In this document: positions 37,999 to 47,857 of the stretch, in pieces
Numbering within the stretch: position 1 is the first letter of the stretch
Layout: each line of letters opens with the position of its first letter
Assembly (NCBI GenBank): GCA_035499575.1
Contig: DATJYN010000018.1
Location: 9,191 to 73,190, forward strand
DNA: 64,000 nt
Source: Burkholderiales bacterium
GTDB taxonomy: Bacteria; Pseudomonadota; Gammaproteobacteria; Burkholderiales; SG8-39
Reading direction: 5' to 3'
Program-made: the position numbers and the translations under genes
The notes under the pieces: model-generated
What the model was told of the DNA's origin: nothing
The model's input: the letters and a program-made list of their open reading frames with translations, nothing else
Database searches by the model: none

Positions 37999-38903
37999 AA
38001 GCCTGGTTGCGGCAGCACCGGCAGGCGATCGCGGCGGCCTTCGGCAAGGTTGCGGCGCAGAAATCCGCGGCGGCGCTAAACGCGCTCGTGATTGGCATCG
38101 CCCTGTCGCTGCCGGCGGGCGGATATGCGCTGCTTGCAAGCCTCCGCGTGGCCACGGCGGGCGCCACGCTCGAACCCCAGTTGTCGGTGTTCCTGCGCGT
38201 TGATGCCAAGCGTGCCGACGCCGACGCGCTCGGCGCGAATCTCAAGGCCGACGTGCGGCTGCGCGACCTGCGCTTCGTCCCGCGCGAGCAGGCGCTGAAG
38301 GATCTGCAGGCGACCGAGGGCATGGCCGAAGTGGTGGCCGCCCTGAACCGCAACCCGCTGCCGGACGCGTTCGTATTGCGCCCGAAATCCGCCGACCCCG
38401 CAGCGCTGGAAGCGCTTGCGCGCGACCTGCGCGCGCTACCCGCGGTGGCGCAGGTCCAGGTCGATTCGGCGTGGGCGCGCCGGCTGGGCGCGCTTGCCGG
38501 CACCGCGCGGCTGGCCATCGCGCTGCTTGCGGCGCTGCTTGCCTTCGGCCTGGTGGCGATCACGTTCAACACCATCCGGCTGCAGATCCTCACGCAGCGC
38601 GCCGAAATCGAGATTTCGAAGCTGATCGGCGCGACCGACGCCTTCATACGGCGCCCGTTCTATTACCTGGGCGCGCTGCAAGGCCTGGCCGGCGGACTGG
38701 TCGCGCTCGCCGTCCTCTGGGGCAGCTTGGCGGCGCTCAACGTCGGCGTCGCGGACCTGGCGGCCAGCTACGGGTCCGGATTCCGCCTGTCCCCTCTGCC
38801 ACCGGCAGACGCGCTGGCGGTTGTGCTTTTCTCTACCGGCCTTGGTTGGTTTGGGGCTTATATGTCAGTGAGCAGATACTTACTTGAAATAGGTGAAAAA
38901 TAG
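37995..38903 (+). CDS. ftsX: Cell division permease-like protein FtsX
   Basis: 302 aa, four TM with a periplasmic loop. 4-nt overlap with ftsE. Confidence 0.92.
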   Translation: MKAWLRQHRQAIAAAFGKVAAQKSAAALNALVIGIALSLPAGGYALLASLRVATAGATLEPQLSVFLRVDAKRADADALGANLKADVRLRDLRFVPREQALKDLQATEGMAEVVAALNRNPLPDAFVLRPKSADPAALEALARDLRALPAVAQVQVDSAWARRLGALAGTARLAIALLAALLAFGLVAITFNTIRLQILTQRAEIEISKLIGATDAFIRRPFYYLGALQGLAGGLVALAVLWGSLAALNVGVADLAASYGSGFRLSPLPPADALAVVLFSTGLGWFGAYMSVSRYLLEIGEK

Positions 38904-38927
38904 GACGTCTTCGTGGATGGCTTCGAG

Positions 38928-38956
38928 GGAACTCAGGGAAGGATTGGCACTCTAAA
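38928..38956 (+). promoter_or_regulatory. Candidate sigma-E (RpoE/AlgU-type) promoter upstream of rpoH
   Basis: GGAACTC - 16 nt - TCTAAA, compared with the ECF sigma-E consensus GGAACTT-N16-TCnaA. About 40 nt upstream of the rpoH ATG. A sigma-70-like TTGGCA-18-TAAGAT (38944-38973) overlaps it. Confidence 0.45.
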
Positions 38957-38996
38957 TCCTCGAGTGCTAAGATCAGAACAACCAAGGAGGCAAGCC

Positions 38997-39893
<897 letters not shown>

Positions 39894-39919
39894 CAGGTCG
39901 CCCCCTAGAAGCTAGCCCG

Positions 39920-40333
39920 TCAGAGGGCGGGGACCTGCAGCACGTACGTGCTGCCGCCCGGCCGTTCGGTCTGGAATATCCTGCCGCCCAGCGTCCCCGC
40001 GGCATCCTGGCCGGAGGCAAGCGCCGTCGCCGCGGTGGCCCCTATGCCCTCGCCGACGCGCGCGACACTGATCTCGATCATTCTCCGGTCCGCGTCCGCA
40101 CTGCGCGAGATGCTGACGCGAATCGCGCCCCACACCGTGTCTTCGATCGAAGCGTGAATCAGATCGATGACAACCCGGCCCAGAAGCTTGCGGTCGACGC
40201 GCACGATGATGTCCTCCGGATCCCGCGCCAGGTCAAGCTTGAGCCCCTTGCTCTCCGCCTTGGCGCGAAGCGAGGCAATGATTGCCTCGACCAGCCCGTG
40301 GATCAGCGTCGGCACGGGATCAGACGCCGCCAC
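39920..40333 (-). CDS. Orphan histidine-kinase-like ATPase (CA) domain with degenerate motifs; possible pseudokinase or gene remnant
   Basis: Frame of ORF 39920..40690, with the first plausible start GTG 40333, 2 nt after the upstream stop. CA-domain layout, but the N-box is VVIDLIHASIED, G1 is VARVGEGIG and G2 is AAGTLGG. There is no DHp/His-box. Confidence 0.5.
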   Translation of the reverse strand: MAASDPVPTLIHGLVEAIIASLRAKAESKGLKLDLARDPEDIIVRVDRKLLGRVVIDLIHASIEDTVWGAIRVSISRSADADRRMIEISVARVGEGIGATAATALASGQDAAGTLGGRIFQTERPGGSTYVLQVPAL

Positions 40334-40335
40334 GC

Positions 40336-40584
40336 CTAGTCCAGCGTCGTAATGCCGTGGCGTATCGCGTACTTGACCAGGGCCGGCAGGTTGTCGACCC
40401 CCAATTTGCGCATCAGGCGCGCGCGGTAAGCTTCCACCGTGCGGGGCGAAAGGCCGAGCAGCGCGGCCACCTTCACGTTCGGCCGGCCCTCGACGATGAG
40501 CTTCAGGATTTCGCGCTCGGTGGCGGTCAGGGCTTCGTGCGTCGTGCGGCCGGCGGTGTCGGAGTTTTTTTTGTTCTTGTCCAC
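40336..40584 (-). CDS. LuxR/GerE-type HTH-only protein (no receiver domain)
   Basis: LTATEREILKLIVEGRPNVKVAALLGLSPRTVEAYRARLMRKLGV. Start ambiguous: GTG 40584 or TTG 40647. Confidence 0.65.
   Translation of the reverse strand: MDKNKKNSDTAGRTTHEALTATEREILKLIVEGRPNVKVAALLGLSPRTVEAYRARLMRKLGVDNLPALVKYAIRHGITTLD
40565..40572. repeat. Homopolymer A8/T8 tract in the 5' part of the HTH-only ORF
   Basis: Forward ggagTTTTTTTTgttc. Encodes KNKKN on the minus strand. Unusual in GC-rich coding DNA. Confidence 0.9.
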
Positions 40585-40708
40585 GAATCGTGATCGCGGG
40601 AAGGTTCGCGAGTTCCCGAATCGTAGGGCGAGAACACTTGCTTGCAAATCGTGAAACTACGACCGCAGGCACGGAATTTTCGCCTCGCAAGCCCTGCGGC
40701 CCGGGCCT

Positions 40709-41338
40709 TTACTCGAGCCGCGCGATGCCGCTGCGGATTGCGAACTTGACGAGCGACGAAAAATCCTCGATTGCGAGCTTCTGCATCAGGCGGCCGCGAT
40801 AGGTCTCGACCGTTCGGGTCGACAGGCCGAGTTGCTGCGCCGCTTCTGCATTCGTCCTGCCCTCCGCCAGCAGGCGGACGATGGCGCGCTCCGTCTCGGT
40901 CAGCCGGGCTTTCTCGACGCCCGCGCAGCCGGGGCGGTCCTCCGCGGCGACTACCCCATGCCCGAAATAGCGCCCGCCCGCCGCCACTGCACGCACGGCC
41001 GCCACGACCTCCTCGCCCGCGGACTCCTTGAGCAAGTAGCCGCGCGCGCCTGCATCCAGCGCGCGCAGGATGACGTCTTCGTGGGAATGCATCGAAAGGA
41101 TTACCACGCCGGCGGCGGGCGTTTGCGAGACGATCGCCCGCGTCGCCTCGACGCCGTCCATCTCGGGCATCGACACGTCCATTACCACCACGTCGGGAGA
41201 CCGCTTGCTGCATTCGGCAACGGCGCCGCGGCCGTCGCAGGCCACCGCCACGACCTTGATGCCGTCGCTGCCCTCGAGCAGGCGGCGCACGCCGTCGCGC
41301 ACGACGCCGTGATCATCCGCGACCAGTACCTGGATCAT
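40709..41338 (-). CDS. NarL/FixJ family response regulator
   Basis: REC domain (VLVADDHGVVRDG, VVVMDVSMPEMDG) plus a LuxR HTH (LTETERAIVRLLAEGRTNAEAAQQLGLSTRTVETYR). 4-nt overlap with the kinase. Confidence 0.92.
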   Translation of the reverse strand: MIQVLVADDHGVVRDGVRRLLEGSDGIKVVAVACDGRGAVAECSKRSPDVVVMDVSMPEMDGVEATRAIVSQTPAAGVVILSMHSHEDVILRALDAGARGYLLKESAGEEVVAAVRAVAAGGRYFGHGVVAAEDRPGCAGVEKARLTETERAIVRLLAEGRTNAEAAQQLGLSTRTVETYRGRLMQKLAIEDFSSLVKFAIRSGIARLE

Positions 41339-43005
41339 GCCTGGTTTCTCGGGACGAGGACCTCGATCACGGCGCCCGCGCCCGGCTTCGAGACCACCCG
41401 GAAGCTGCCGCCGATGGACAGCGCGCGTTCCTCCATGATCCGCAGCCCCAGGCGCGACCGGTCCTCCGCGGGCACTGCGTATGCGGCGTCGAAGCCCACG
41501 CCATCATCCTCGACCTTCAGCTCGACGCATGCCGCAGTCGTCTGCAGAGTTACCCGCACGTTGTCCGCGTCGGCATGCTTCGAGACGTTGTTCAGCGCTT
41601 CGAGACAGATCCGGCTCAGGGTGTCTTTCACGCCAGACGCCACGCGCAGCGGCGCAAGCGGTGCGCTGACGGAAACCAGGATTCCGGTGCGCGTTTCGAA
41701 TGCCGCCGCGTGCCTGCGCAAGATCGACGATAGCGGCGCAGAATTGGCATCCGGCGGGCGCAGGCCGACCATGACGTCCCGTATGCACTGGCTCGCCCGC
41801 TTCGTCAGCGACGCCGCCTCGTCGATCCGCTCCAGCAGCCACGCCTCGCGAGAGTCTGCGACCCGGATGCGCACGACGTCCAGACTCACGTTCAGGCCGG
41901 TGAGATGCTGCGCCAGGCCGTCGTGCAACTCGGCGGCAAGATGGCGCCTTTCGTCGTCGCGTACCTGGACCATGCGGCGCGCCAGCGCGGTGAGCCGGGC
42001 CGCGCAAGCCTGCTGCTCCCCGGCGGCCGCGCGCAGGTTGGCACGCGCGATTTCGCCGGAAAACGCGGACAAGGTCAGGCCGGTCGTCGCAACCATGCTG
42101 ACGAACAACTGCATGAGCAGCAGCGATTCATTCAATGCGAGCGAAACGAACGGCGCGGCCCTGCCGTCGAGCACGTCGACCACGGCGATCGCGGAAATGG
42201 CGAAGCTGGCAACGGTCACTGCGCGACGGTCGAGGCGCGTCGCCGCCCACGTAACCAGTGGAATCATCAAATACGCCACCGTCTGAACGGCATCCTGCAC
42301 GGCGCGGTTGCCGAGGTGAATCATCGCCGCGCAGAGCAGCAGCAGCGCGGCGAAAAGAGCGTACTCGGCCTGGTGCCGGCTGCGTGCTCGCTCGCCGGCC
42401 GGTTCGCGCCAGCACAGCAGTAGCGGCGCGACGATGACAATCCCGGTGGCGTCGCCAAGCCACCAGGTCGTCCAGTGCGTGCCGAATTCAGTCCATGGCA
42501 CCTGGCCCGCCAGCGCGAGCGTCAGGACCCCGTTGCTCGCCGCCACCATGCTTGCCGCGAAGCCAATCGCTACGAACCTGGCCACGCTGCCGGAAGTCTC
42601 GAACCAGTCCCGGCTCCCGATGAAACGATGGATCAACAGGCCGGCGACCAGGGCCTCCGCGGCGTTGCCGGCACCGATGGCGAGAGCGACCACCGGTGCC
42701 GTCCCCATGACCCCGATATTCGCGGTCGCCGCCCCGATGAAGATGCCGGGCAGTGCCGCCCTGCCCAGCGCAAGCAACGCGGCGAGCGCTATGCCCGCGG
42801 GTGGCCAAACCGGACTGGCATATCCGGGCGGAATCGCCAGGAGAAGACCGATCCAGGCGGCGAGCAGATACGCCGCCGCCACCAGCAGCACAGTCGCTGA
42901 ATAGGACCAGCGCAAGACCGGCGTCCCGGCCGGCCAGCCTGAGGCGGCGCGCCAAGCCGCGGAGATGCCAGGAATTGAAGCGGGACCTGAAGGATTCTCA
43001 AACAT
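41335..43005 (-). CDS. MASE1-domain sensor histidine kinase (HisKA_3 class)
   Basis: ORF 41335..43065 trimmed to ATG 43005. About 8 TM MASE1-like N-terminus (WWLGDATGIVIVAPLLL), H-box ERRHLAAELHDGLAQHL, and N/G boxes EALNNVSKHA and DDGVGF. Confidence 0.88.
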   Translation of the reverse strand: MFENPSGPASIPGISAAWRAASGWPAGTPVLRWSYSATVLLVAAAYLLAAWIGLLLAIPPGYASPVWPPAGIALAALLALGRAALPGIFIGAATANIGVMGTAPVVALAIGAGNAAEALVAGLLIHRFIGSRDWFETSGSVARFVAIGFAASMVAASNGVLTLALAGQVPWTEFGTHWTTWWLGDATGIVIVAPLLLCWREPAGERARSRHQAEYALFAALLLLCAAMIHLGNRAVQDAVQTVAYLMIPLVTWAATRLDRRAVTVASFAISAIAVVDVLDGRAAPFVSLALNESLLLMQLFVSMVATTGLTLSAFSGEIARANLRAAAGEQQACAARLTALARRMVQVRDDERRHLAAELHDGLAQHLTGLNVSLDVVRIRVADSREAWLLERIDEAASLTKRASQCIRDVMVGLRPPDANSAPLSSILRRHAAAFETRTGILVSVSAPLAPLRVASGVKDTLSRICLEALNNVSKHADADNVRVTLQTTAACVELKVEDDGVGFDAAYAVPAEDRSRLGLRIMEERALSIGGSFRVVSKPGAGAVIEVLVPRNQA

Positions 43006-43187
43006 GCCGAGTCGCCCTCTCTCCGCATTGGGTGCGGGAATGCGAACCAGCATACGCCTCGGCAAAGCCGAATACCTGCGATATTCCTGCGGTTATTCGT
43101 GACAAATTCCGGGATTCAACCCGGCGAGCGTGATGTGCCGCACGTTTCTTCGTTGCAGCGCGTCGCCGATCCGCTATCGGGAAAATA

Positions 43188-43781
43188 CTACTGGGAATTT
43201 TCCTTCAGCAGCGTGCGCAGGTCCTCGGTGAGGTCCTGCGGGATGCGTTCCTGCTTCACGAACAGGCGCATGCGTCCCCGGCCATCGAGCACGTAGCTCT
43301 GCGCGCTGTGATCGACGGTGTAGGCGCCGGGCGCGCCGCCGGGCCGCTTCTCGTAGAAAATCCTGAATTCTTTCGCCGCGCGTTGCGTTGCGGCGTCGTC
43401 CCCGCTCAACCCCAGGAAGCTCGCATCGAACGCCGGCACGTACTGTGACAGCACTTCCGGCGTGTCGCGTTCCGGGTCCACCGTCACGAACAGCACCTGC
43501 ACGCGGGCTGCATCCGGACCGAGCTGCTTCATGACTCCGGCGATGTCGGCGAGCGTGGTCGGGCAGACGTCCGGGCAATGCGTATAGCCGAAGAACAGCA
43601 CCACCAGCTTGCCGCGAAAGTCGGCAAGCGTGCGCGGCTTGCCATCGTGCCCGGTCAGCGCGAGCTCCCGGCCGAAATCGGCGCCGGTGATGTCGGTGCT
43701 GCGGAACTTGGGTGCTTCCGGGTTGCAGGCGGCAAGCAGCACCGCGAGCAGGATCAGGCTAGGGCGCCAGATAGTGGTCAA
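43188..43781 (-). CDS. SCO1/SenC family copper chaperone
   Basis: Lipoprotein-like signal LLAAC, CPDVCP copper-binding motif and the conserved His in YTVDHS. Confidence 0.92.
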   Translation of the reverse strand: MTTIWRPSLILLAVLLAACNPEAPKFRSTDITGADFGRELALTGHDGKPRTLADFRGKLVVLFFGYTHCPDVCPTTLADIAGVMKQLGPDAARVQVLFVTVDPERDTPEVLSQYVPAFDASFLGLSGDDAATQRAAKEFRIFYEKRPGGAPGAYTVDHSAQSYVLDGRGRMRLFVKQERIPQDLTEDLRTLLKENSQ

Positions 43782-44682
43782 TCAGCAGTGCCGCGAACAG
43801 GGCGGCGAGGTAGAAAATGGAATAGCGGAAACAGCGCCGCGCAAGCCGGTCGCTGTAGGCAGCGACGATCAGGATCGCGAATCCGACGTAGACCAGGCCG
43901 AGCGCGACCGCGGCGGCAAGGTACAGCCAGCCGCTCATGCGCACCGCGAACGGCAGCAGCGAAACGCCGAACAGGATCAGCGTGTAGAGCAGCACCTGCA
44001 GGCGCGTGTAGTCCTTGCCGTGCGTCACCGGCAGCATCGGCACGCCGGCCTTCGCGTAGTCTTCGGTTCGGTAGAGCGCCAGCGACCAGAAGTGCGGCGG
44101 CGTCCAGGCGAAGATGATCAGGAACAGCAGCAGGGCCTCGGTGCTCACGTCGCCGGTCACCGCCGCCCAGCCCAGAACCGGCGGCATCGCGCCCGAAGCG
44201 CCGCCGATGACGATGTTCTGCGGCGTGAGCGGCTTGAGGATCACCGTGTACACGACCGCATAGCCGACGAAGGTGCCGAGCGTCAGCCACATCGTGAGCG
44301 GGTTTACGAAGTGCGCCAGCAGCCACAGGCCGAAACCGCCGACCGCGCCGGCAAACACCACCGTCTCCAGCGAGGTCAGGTCGCCGCGCGGCAGCGGGCG
44401 CCAGTCGGTGCGCCGCATGCGGGCGTCGATCTTCTGCTCTACCAGGCAGTTGACCGCGGCGGCGGCGCCAGCCACCAGAGCGATGCCGGCCGTCGCCGCG
44501 AAAAGGACTTGCAGCGGCACCATCCCCGGCGTAGAGAGCAGCATGCCGATCACTGCGGTGAAGACGATCAATGACACCACGCGCGGCTTGGTGAGCGCGA
44601 GCAGGGAACGCGCGCGGCCGGTCAGCGTGCGCGCGGGGGATTCGCCAAGAAAATCAGTGGACAAGGTGAAAAATTTTATCAC
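43759..44682 (-). CDS. ctaB: Protohaem IX farnesyltransferase (haem O synthase)
   Basis: 307 aa UbiA-family protein. [17 protein letters not shown].. is typical of CyoE/CtaB. Confidence 0.93.
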   Translation of the reverse strand: MIKFFTLSTDFLGESPARTLTGRARSLLALTKPRVVSLIVFTAVIGMLLSTPGMVPLQVLFAATAGIALVAGAAAAVNCLVEQKIDARMRRTDWRPLPRGDLTSLETVVFAGAVGGFGLWLLAHFVNPLTMWLTLGTFVGYAVVYTVILKPLTPQNIVIGGASGAMPPVLGWAAVTGDVSTEALLLFLIIFAWTPPHFWSLALYRTEDYAKAGVPMLPVTHGKDYTRLQVLLYTLILFGVSLLPFAVRMSGWLYLAAAVALGLVYVGFAILIVAAYSDRLARRCFRYSIFYLAALFAALLIDHYLAP

Positions 44683-44707
44683 GCCGGATCTCGCGACCGG
44701 CGCGCCG

Positions 44708-45256
44708 CTAGCCGAAGCTTGAAGCCCTCAGCAAGCGCTGCAGGTCCTTGATCAACCGCGACGGATCCGGCTCGCGCGGAAAGCGCATCATCAGGTTGCC
44801 CAGCGGATCCACCAGGTAGATGTGGTCGGTGATGGCCGTGTCGGCGGGAAAATCGGCGCCCGCGGGCGCGGGCGCGAGCACGGTGCCCTCGATCGCGCCG
44901 AGCAGTTTCGCGCCCGGCCGCACGCCGTCAGTCACGTACCAAAGGCGCGCCATGCGCTCCATCTCCTTGCCCTGCGCCCTGCGCACCTGGCGCATGATGT
45001 AGAGCTTGCGCTCGCACCATGCGTTGCAGGCGCCGCCGTCGAACTGCACCAACACCCATTTGCCCTGCAGCCCGTTCGACGGCGGCAAGGTCACCTGCCG
45101 CGGCGCGATCAGCGTGCCATAGTTGCCGGTAGTGCCCGGCGCTAGATTGAAGCCCCAGACCAGCCAGCTCGCCGCCACCGGCAATGCGAAGAAGAGCGCG
45201 CACAGCGCAAGCTGGACGCGCCCCCGCTTGACCGGGTCAGCCGGCAGCAGCGTCAT
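44708..45256 (-). CDS. Membrane-anchored thioredoxin-fold / SCO-like protein of unknown function
   Basis: N-terminal TM, CNAWC pair and [14 protein letters not shown]. Sits in the oxidase assembly cluster and overlaps SURF1 by 20 nt. Confidence 0.7.
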   Translation of the reverse strand: MTLLPADPVKRGRVQLALCALFFALPVAASWLVWGFNLAPGTTGNYGTLIAPRQVTLPPSNGLQGKWVLVQFDGGACNAWCERKLYIMRQVRRAQGKEMERMARLWYVTDGVRPGAKLLGAIEGTVLAPAPAGADFPADTAITDHIYLVDPLGNLMMRFPREPDPSRLIKDLQRLLRASSFG

Positions 45257-45875
45257 GGCGCCGGATGTTCAATGCGACCAGCAGGACCACCGAGAGCGCG
45301 GAGAGCGAGTACCACTGCAGCGCGTAGCTCTCGTGCATCGCCACGCCGCCGTCAACGCGCGGCCAGTCGCGTGTCAAACCGTCATCCAGTGCCGAGTGCT
45401 GCTCGAGCACCCATGGCTCCAGAGCAAGTCCGGACCATGCGGCAAATTCGTCCAGGGTCACGTTGCTCCGCACTTGGCCCCGGGGGAGAGCGCCCGGCGG
45501 CTCGTAGGCGCGCGGCAGGCGTTCCTGCCGTAGTCCCTGCACGCTGACCTCTCCTGGCGGCGTCACGACCTGGGGCTCACCCGATCCGGCCGCAATCCAG
45601 CCTCGATTGACCAATACACAATGCCCGTCGGTGAGCCGCAACGGCTGCACCACGTAGTAGCCGAACTGGCCATGGTACGGACGATTGCTCAGGAAGATCG
45701 TGCGCTCGGATAGAAACTGGCCGCGCAGGCTTTCGGGCTTCATCGCTGCGGCGAGCGCGCGCTTTTCTTCGGCCCTGCCGGATTGCCAGTTGCCAAGTGC
45801 GATGCCCGCCGCGCAGCCCGCCGCGGCGAGCGCGACGGCCCACCAGGGAGGACGGAATCGCAGGGAGCCCGGCAT
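45237..45875 (-). CDS. SURF1 family cytochrome oxidase biogenesis protein
   Basis: 212 aa, two terminal TM segments. GNWQSGRAEEK and VLVNRGWI motifs. Confidence 0.88.
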   Translation of the reverse strand: MPGSLRFRPPWWAVALAAAGCAAGIALGNWQSGRAEEKRALAAAMKPESLRGQFLSERTIFLSNRPYHGQFGYYVVQPLRLTDGHCVLVNRGWIAAGSGEPQVVTPPGEVSVQGLRQERLPRAYEPPGALPRGQVRSNVTLDEFAAWSGLALEPWVLEQHSALDDGLTRDWPRVDGGVAMHESYALQWYSLSALSVVLLVALNIRRHDAAAG

Positions 45876-45901
45876 CAGGCGCTCACGCTACACTGGTCGC
45901 C

Positions 45902-46102
45902 GTGACGCGCTACCTGGTGATCTTTGTGCTGCTGATGATCGTGGCGAGCCTCGGCTCGGCGATCTTCTTCATGATGCACGACCGCGGCGGTTCAAAGCGC
46001 ATGGTGAAGGCGCTGGCGATCCGGGTCGGCCTCTCGGTCGGGCTATTCGTGTTCCTGATGGCGGGCTACTACTTCGGGCTGTTCCCGGACCGGCACTTAT
46101 AG
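45902..46102 (+). CDS. Twin-transmembrane-helix small protein (DUF2909-like)
   Basis: ORF 45797..46102 trimmed to GTG 45902. 66 aa with two hydrophobic helices. This family is typical of betaproteobacterial cox clusters (recollection). Confidence 0.65.
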   Translation: MTRYLVIFVLLMIVASLGSAIFFMMHDRGGSKRMVKALAIRVGLSVGLFVFLMAGYYFGLFPDRHL

Positions 46103-46978
46103 CCAGTAGACAAAGACGAACAGGCCAAGCCAGACCACGTCGACGAAGTGCCAGTACCAGGCCACGCCCTCGAACGCGAAATGGTGCTCGGGCTTGAAAT
46201 GGCCCGACAGGCAGCGGAACCAGATCACCGTCAGCATGATCGCGCCGCAGGTCACGTGGAAGCCGTGGAAACCGGTCAGCATGAAGAAGGTGGTGCCGTA
46301 GCTGCCCGTGGTGAGCTTCAGGTTCAGTTCCGAATAGGCATGCGAGTATTCGAAAGCCTGCAGGCCGAGGAAGCACACGCCCAGCAGGATCGTGAAAAAC
46401 AGGAACGCGTTTAGCATCCCGCGCTTGCCTTCCTTGAGCGCCCAGTGCGCGATCGTCACGGTGACCCCGGAGGACAGCAGCAGCGCCGTGTTGATCGCCG
46501 GAACGCCCCAGGCCGCCATCGGCGAGAACTTCTCGGCGAAGCCGGGCCCCGCCGAGGGCCAGTGGCCGGTGAAGCCCGGCCACAGGTAGGTGTTGCTGTC
46601 CAGGCTTGCCAAGTCGGGCACCGACATCACGCGCGCCCAGAACAGGGCGCCGAAGAAGCCGGCGAAGAACATCACCTCCGAAAAGATGAACCAGCTCATG
46701 CCCCAGCGGAACGACAGGTCTTCCCAGCCGCCGTACTTGCCGCCCTCGGATTCGCGGATCACGTCGCCGAACCAGCGGAACATCATGTAGAGCAGGATCA
46801 TCAGGCCGAGCGCCAGGCCGATCAAGCCGGCGCCAAAGCCGTTCATCAGGGAGATGCCGCCGATGATCATGCAGAACAGCGCCGTCGAGCCCATGATCGG
46901 CCAGGGCATCGGCTGCGGGACGAAGTAGTGCGCCTGCCGTGCGGCGGTGATCGTAGAGGTAGATGCGCCTTGTTCCAT
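46097..46978 (-). CDS. ctaE: Cytochrome c oxidase subunit III
   Basis: 293 aa, 7 TM. ..FFMLTGFHGFHVTCGAIML.. and HFVDVVWLGLFVFVYW. Confidence 0.96.
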   Translation of the reverse strand: MEQGASTSTITAARQAHYFVPQPMPWPIMGSTALFCMIIGGISLMNGFGAGLIGLALGLMILLYMMFRWFGDVIRESEGGKYGGWEDLSFRWGMSWFIFSEVMFFAGFFGALFWARVMSVPDLASLDSNTYLWPGFTGHWPSAGPGFAEKFSPMAAWGVPAINTALLLSSGVTVTIAHWALKEGKRGMLNAFLFFTILLGVCFLGLQAFEYSHAYSELNLKLTTGSYGTTFFMLTGFHGFHVTCGAIMLTVIWFRCLSGHFKPEHHFAFEGVAWYWHFVDVVWLGLFVFVYWL

Positions 46979-46992
46979 TTTTTCTCCCTGGC

Positions 46993-47217
46993 CTAGCTGA
47001 GCACGATCTTCACGATCGTCAGCAGCGTGAATATGAACAGCACGACGAAAATCACCGCCGCGATGACGAGGTGCAGCGGATTGAGCGGCGCGCGCTCGTG
47101 ATCCGCCTGGCGGCGCACGCCGATGGCGCCCGCGAACACCGTCTTCACGGTGTCCGCAAACGACGGCCTGCGGACGTCGTCCTTCGCCATCGACGGCTTC
47201 TGCAAGGTCTCCTCCAT
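46993..47217 (-). CDS. DUF2970-like small membrane protein
   Basis: ORF 46993..47361 trimmed to ATG 47217 (TGATG junction with the ctaG stop). 74 aa with a C-terminal TM helix. Confidence 0.6.
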   Translation of the reverse strand: MEETLQKPSMAKDDVRRPSFADTVKTVFAGAIGVRRQADHERAPLNPLHLVIAAVIFVVLFIFTLLTIVKIVLS

Positions 47218-47747
47218 CAGCTTCTGTGCGCCACTTCGAAGAAGGTGTAAGACAGCGTGAAGGTATTGATGTCGGCCGGTATCGAACCGTCGACGATGAA
47301 GGTCACCGGCATGCGGCGCGTTTCGCCCGCGGCGAGCGTCTGCTGGGTGAAGCAGAAACAATCGAGCTTGCGCACGTAGCGCCCGGCCAGCGCCGGGCCG
47401 TAGCTGACGACCGCCTGGCCGGTCACCGGCGCGCTGCGCACGTTCGCGACCTCGTATTCGACGTGCACGATCTCGCCCGGATGCACCTCGAGGTGCCGGA
47501 CGAGCGGCTGGAAACGCCAGGGAATGTCGTGTGAATTCGCGTCCAGCTCGATGGTCACCTTGCGAGTGAGGTCGACCTGCGTGTTTGCCGGCGCCTCGTC
47601 GCGGTCGACCAGGGAATCGACGCCGAGCGCGCGGCAGATGTGGTTGTAGAACGGAACCAGCGCGAAGCCGAAGCCGAACATCGCCACCGCGACGATCGAG
47701 AGCTTCGTCAGCATGCGGCGGTTGTCGAGGGCGTGCGTGTCGTTCAC
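47217..47747 (-). CDS. ctaG: Cytochrome c oxidase assembly protein CtaG/Cox11
   Basis: GTG start, N-terminal TM, and the Cox11 copper motif region KLDCFCFTQQTL. Confidence 0.93.
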   Translation of the reverse strand: MNDTHALDNRRMLTKLSIVAVAMFGFGFALVPFYNHICRALGVDSLVDRDEAPANTQVDLTRKVTIELDANSHDIPWRFQPLVRHLEVHPGEIVHVEYEVANVRSAPVTGQAVVSYGPALAGRYVRKLDCFCFTQQTLAAGETRRMPVTFIVDGSIPADINTFTLSYTFFEVAHRS

Positions 47748-47839
47748 GGCTTAATGAACCAATACTTGGCGATGATCAGGGCAAACGTCGTCAGGGCGAC
47801 CGCCCCCAGCAGCAGCGCAGTTTTCAGGTTGCGGCTCAC
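47744..47839 (-). CDS. 31-aa single-TM micro-protein (cytochrome oxidase small assembly protein-like)
   Basis: Below the ORF-track size cut-off. My translation is VSRNLKTALLLGAVALTTFALIIAKYWFIKP. GTGA overlap with the ctaG start, and it fills the ctaD-ctaG gap. Confidence 0.55.
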   Translation of the reverse strand: MSRNLKTALLLGAVALTTFALIIAKYWFIKP

Positions 47840-47857
47840 GCGGGCCTGTACGCGCCT

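Noticed and set aside
43099-43296. 65-aa plus-strand ORF in and beyond the kinase/SCO1 spacer
   Set aside because: Most of it is antisense to the SCO1 gene 3' end. It has no RBS and no recognisable sequence features.
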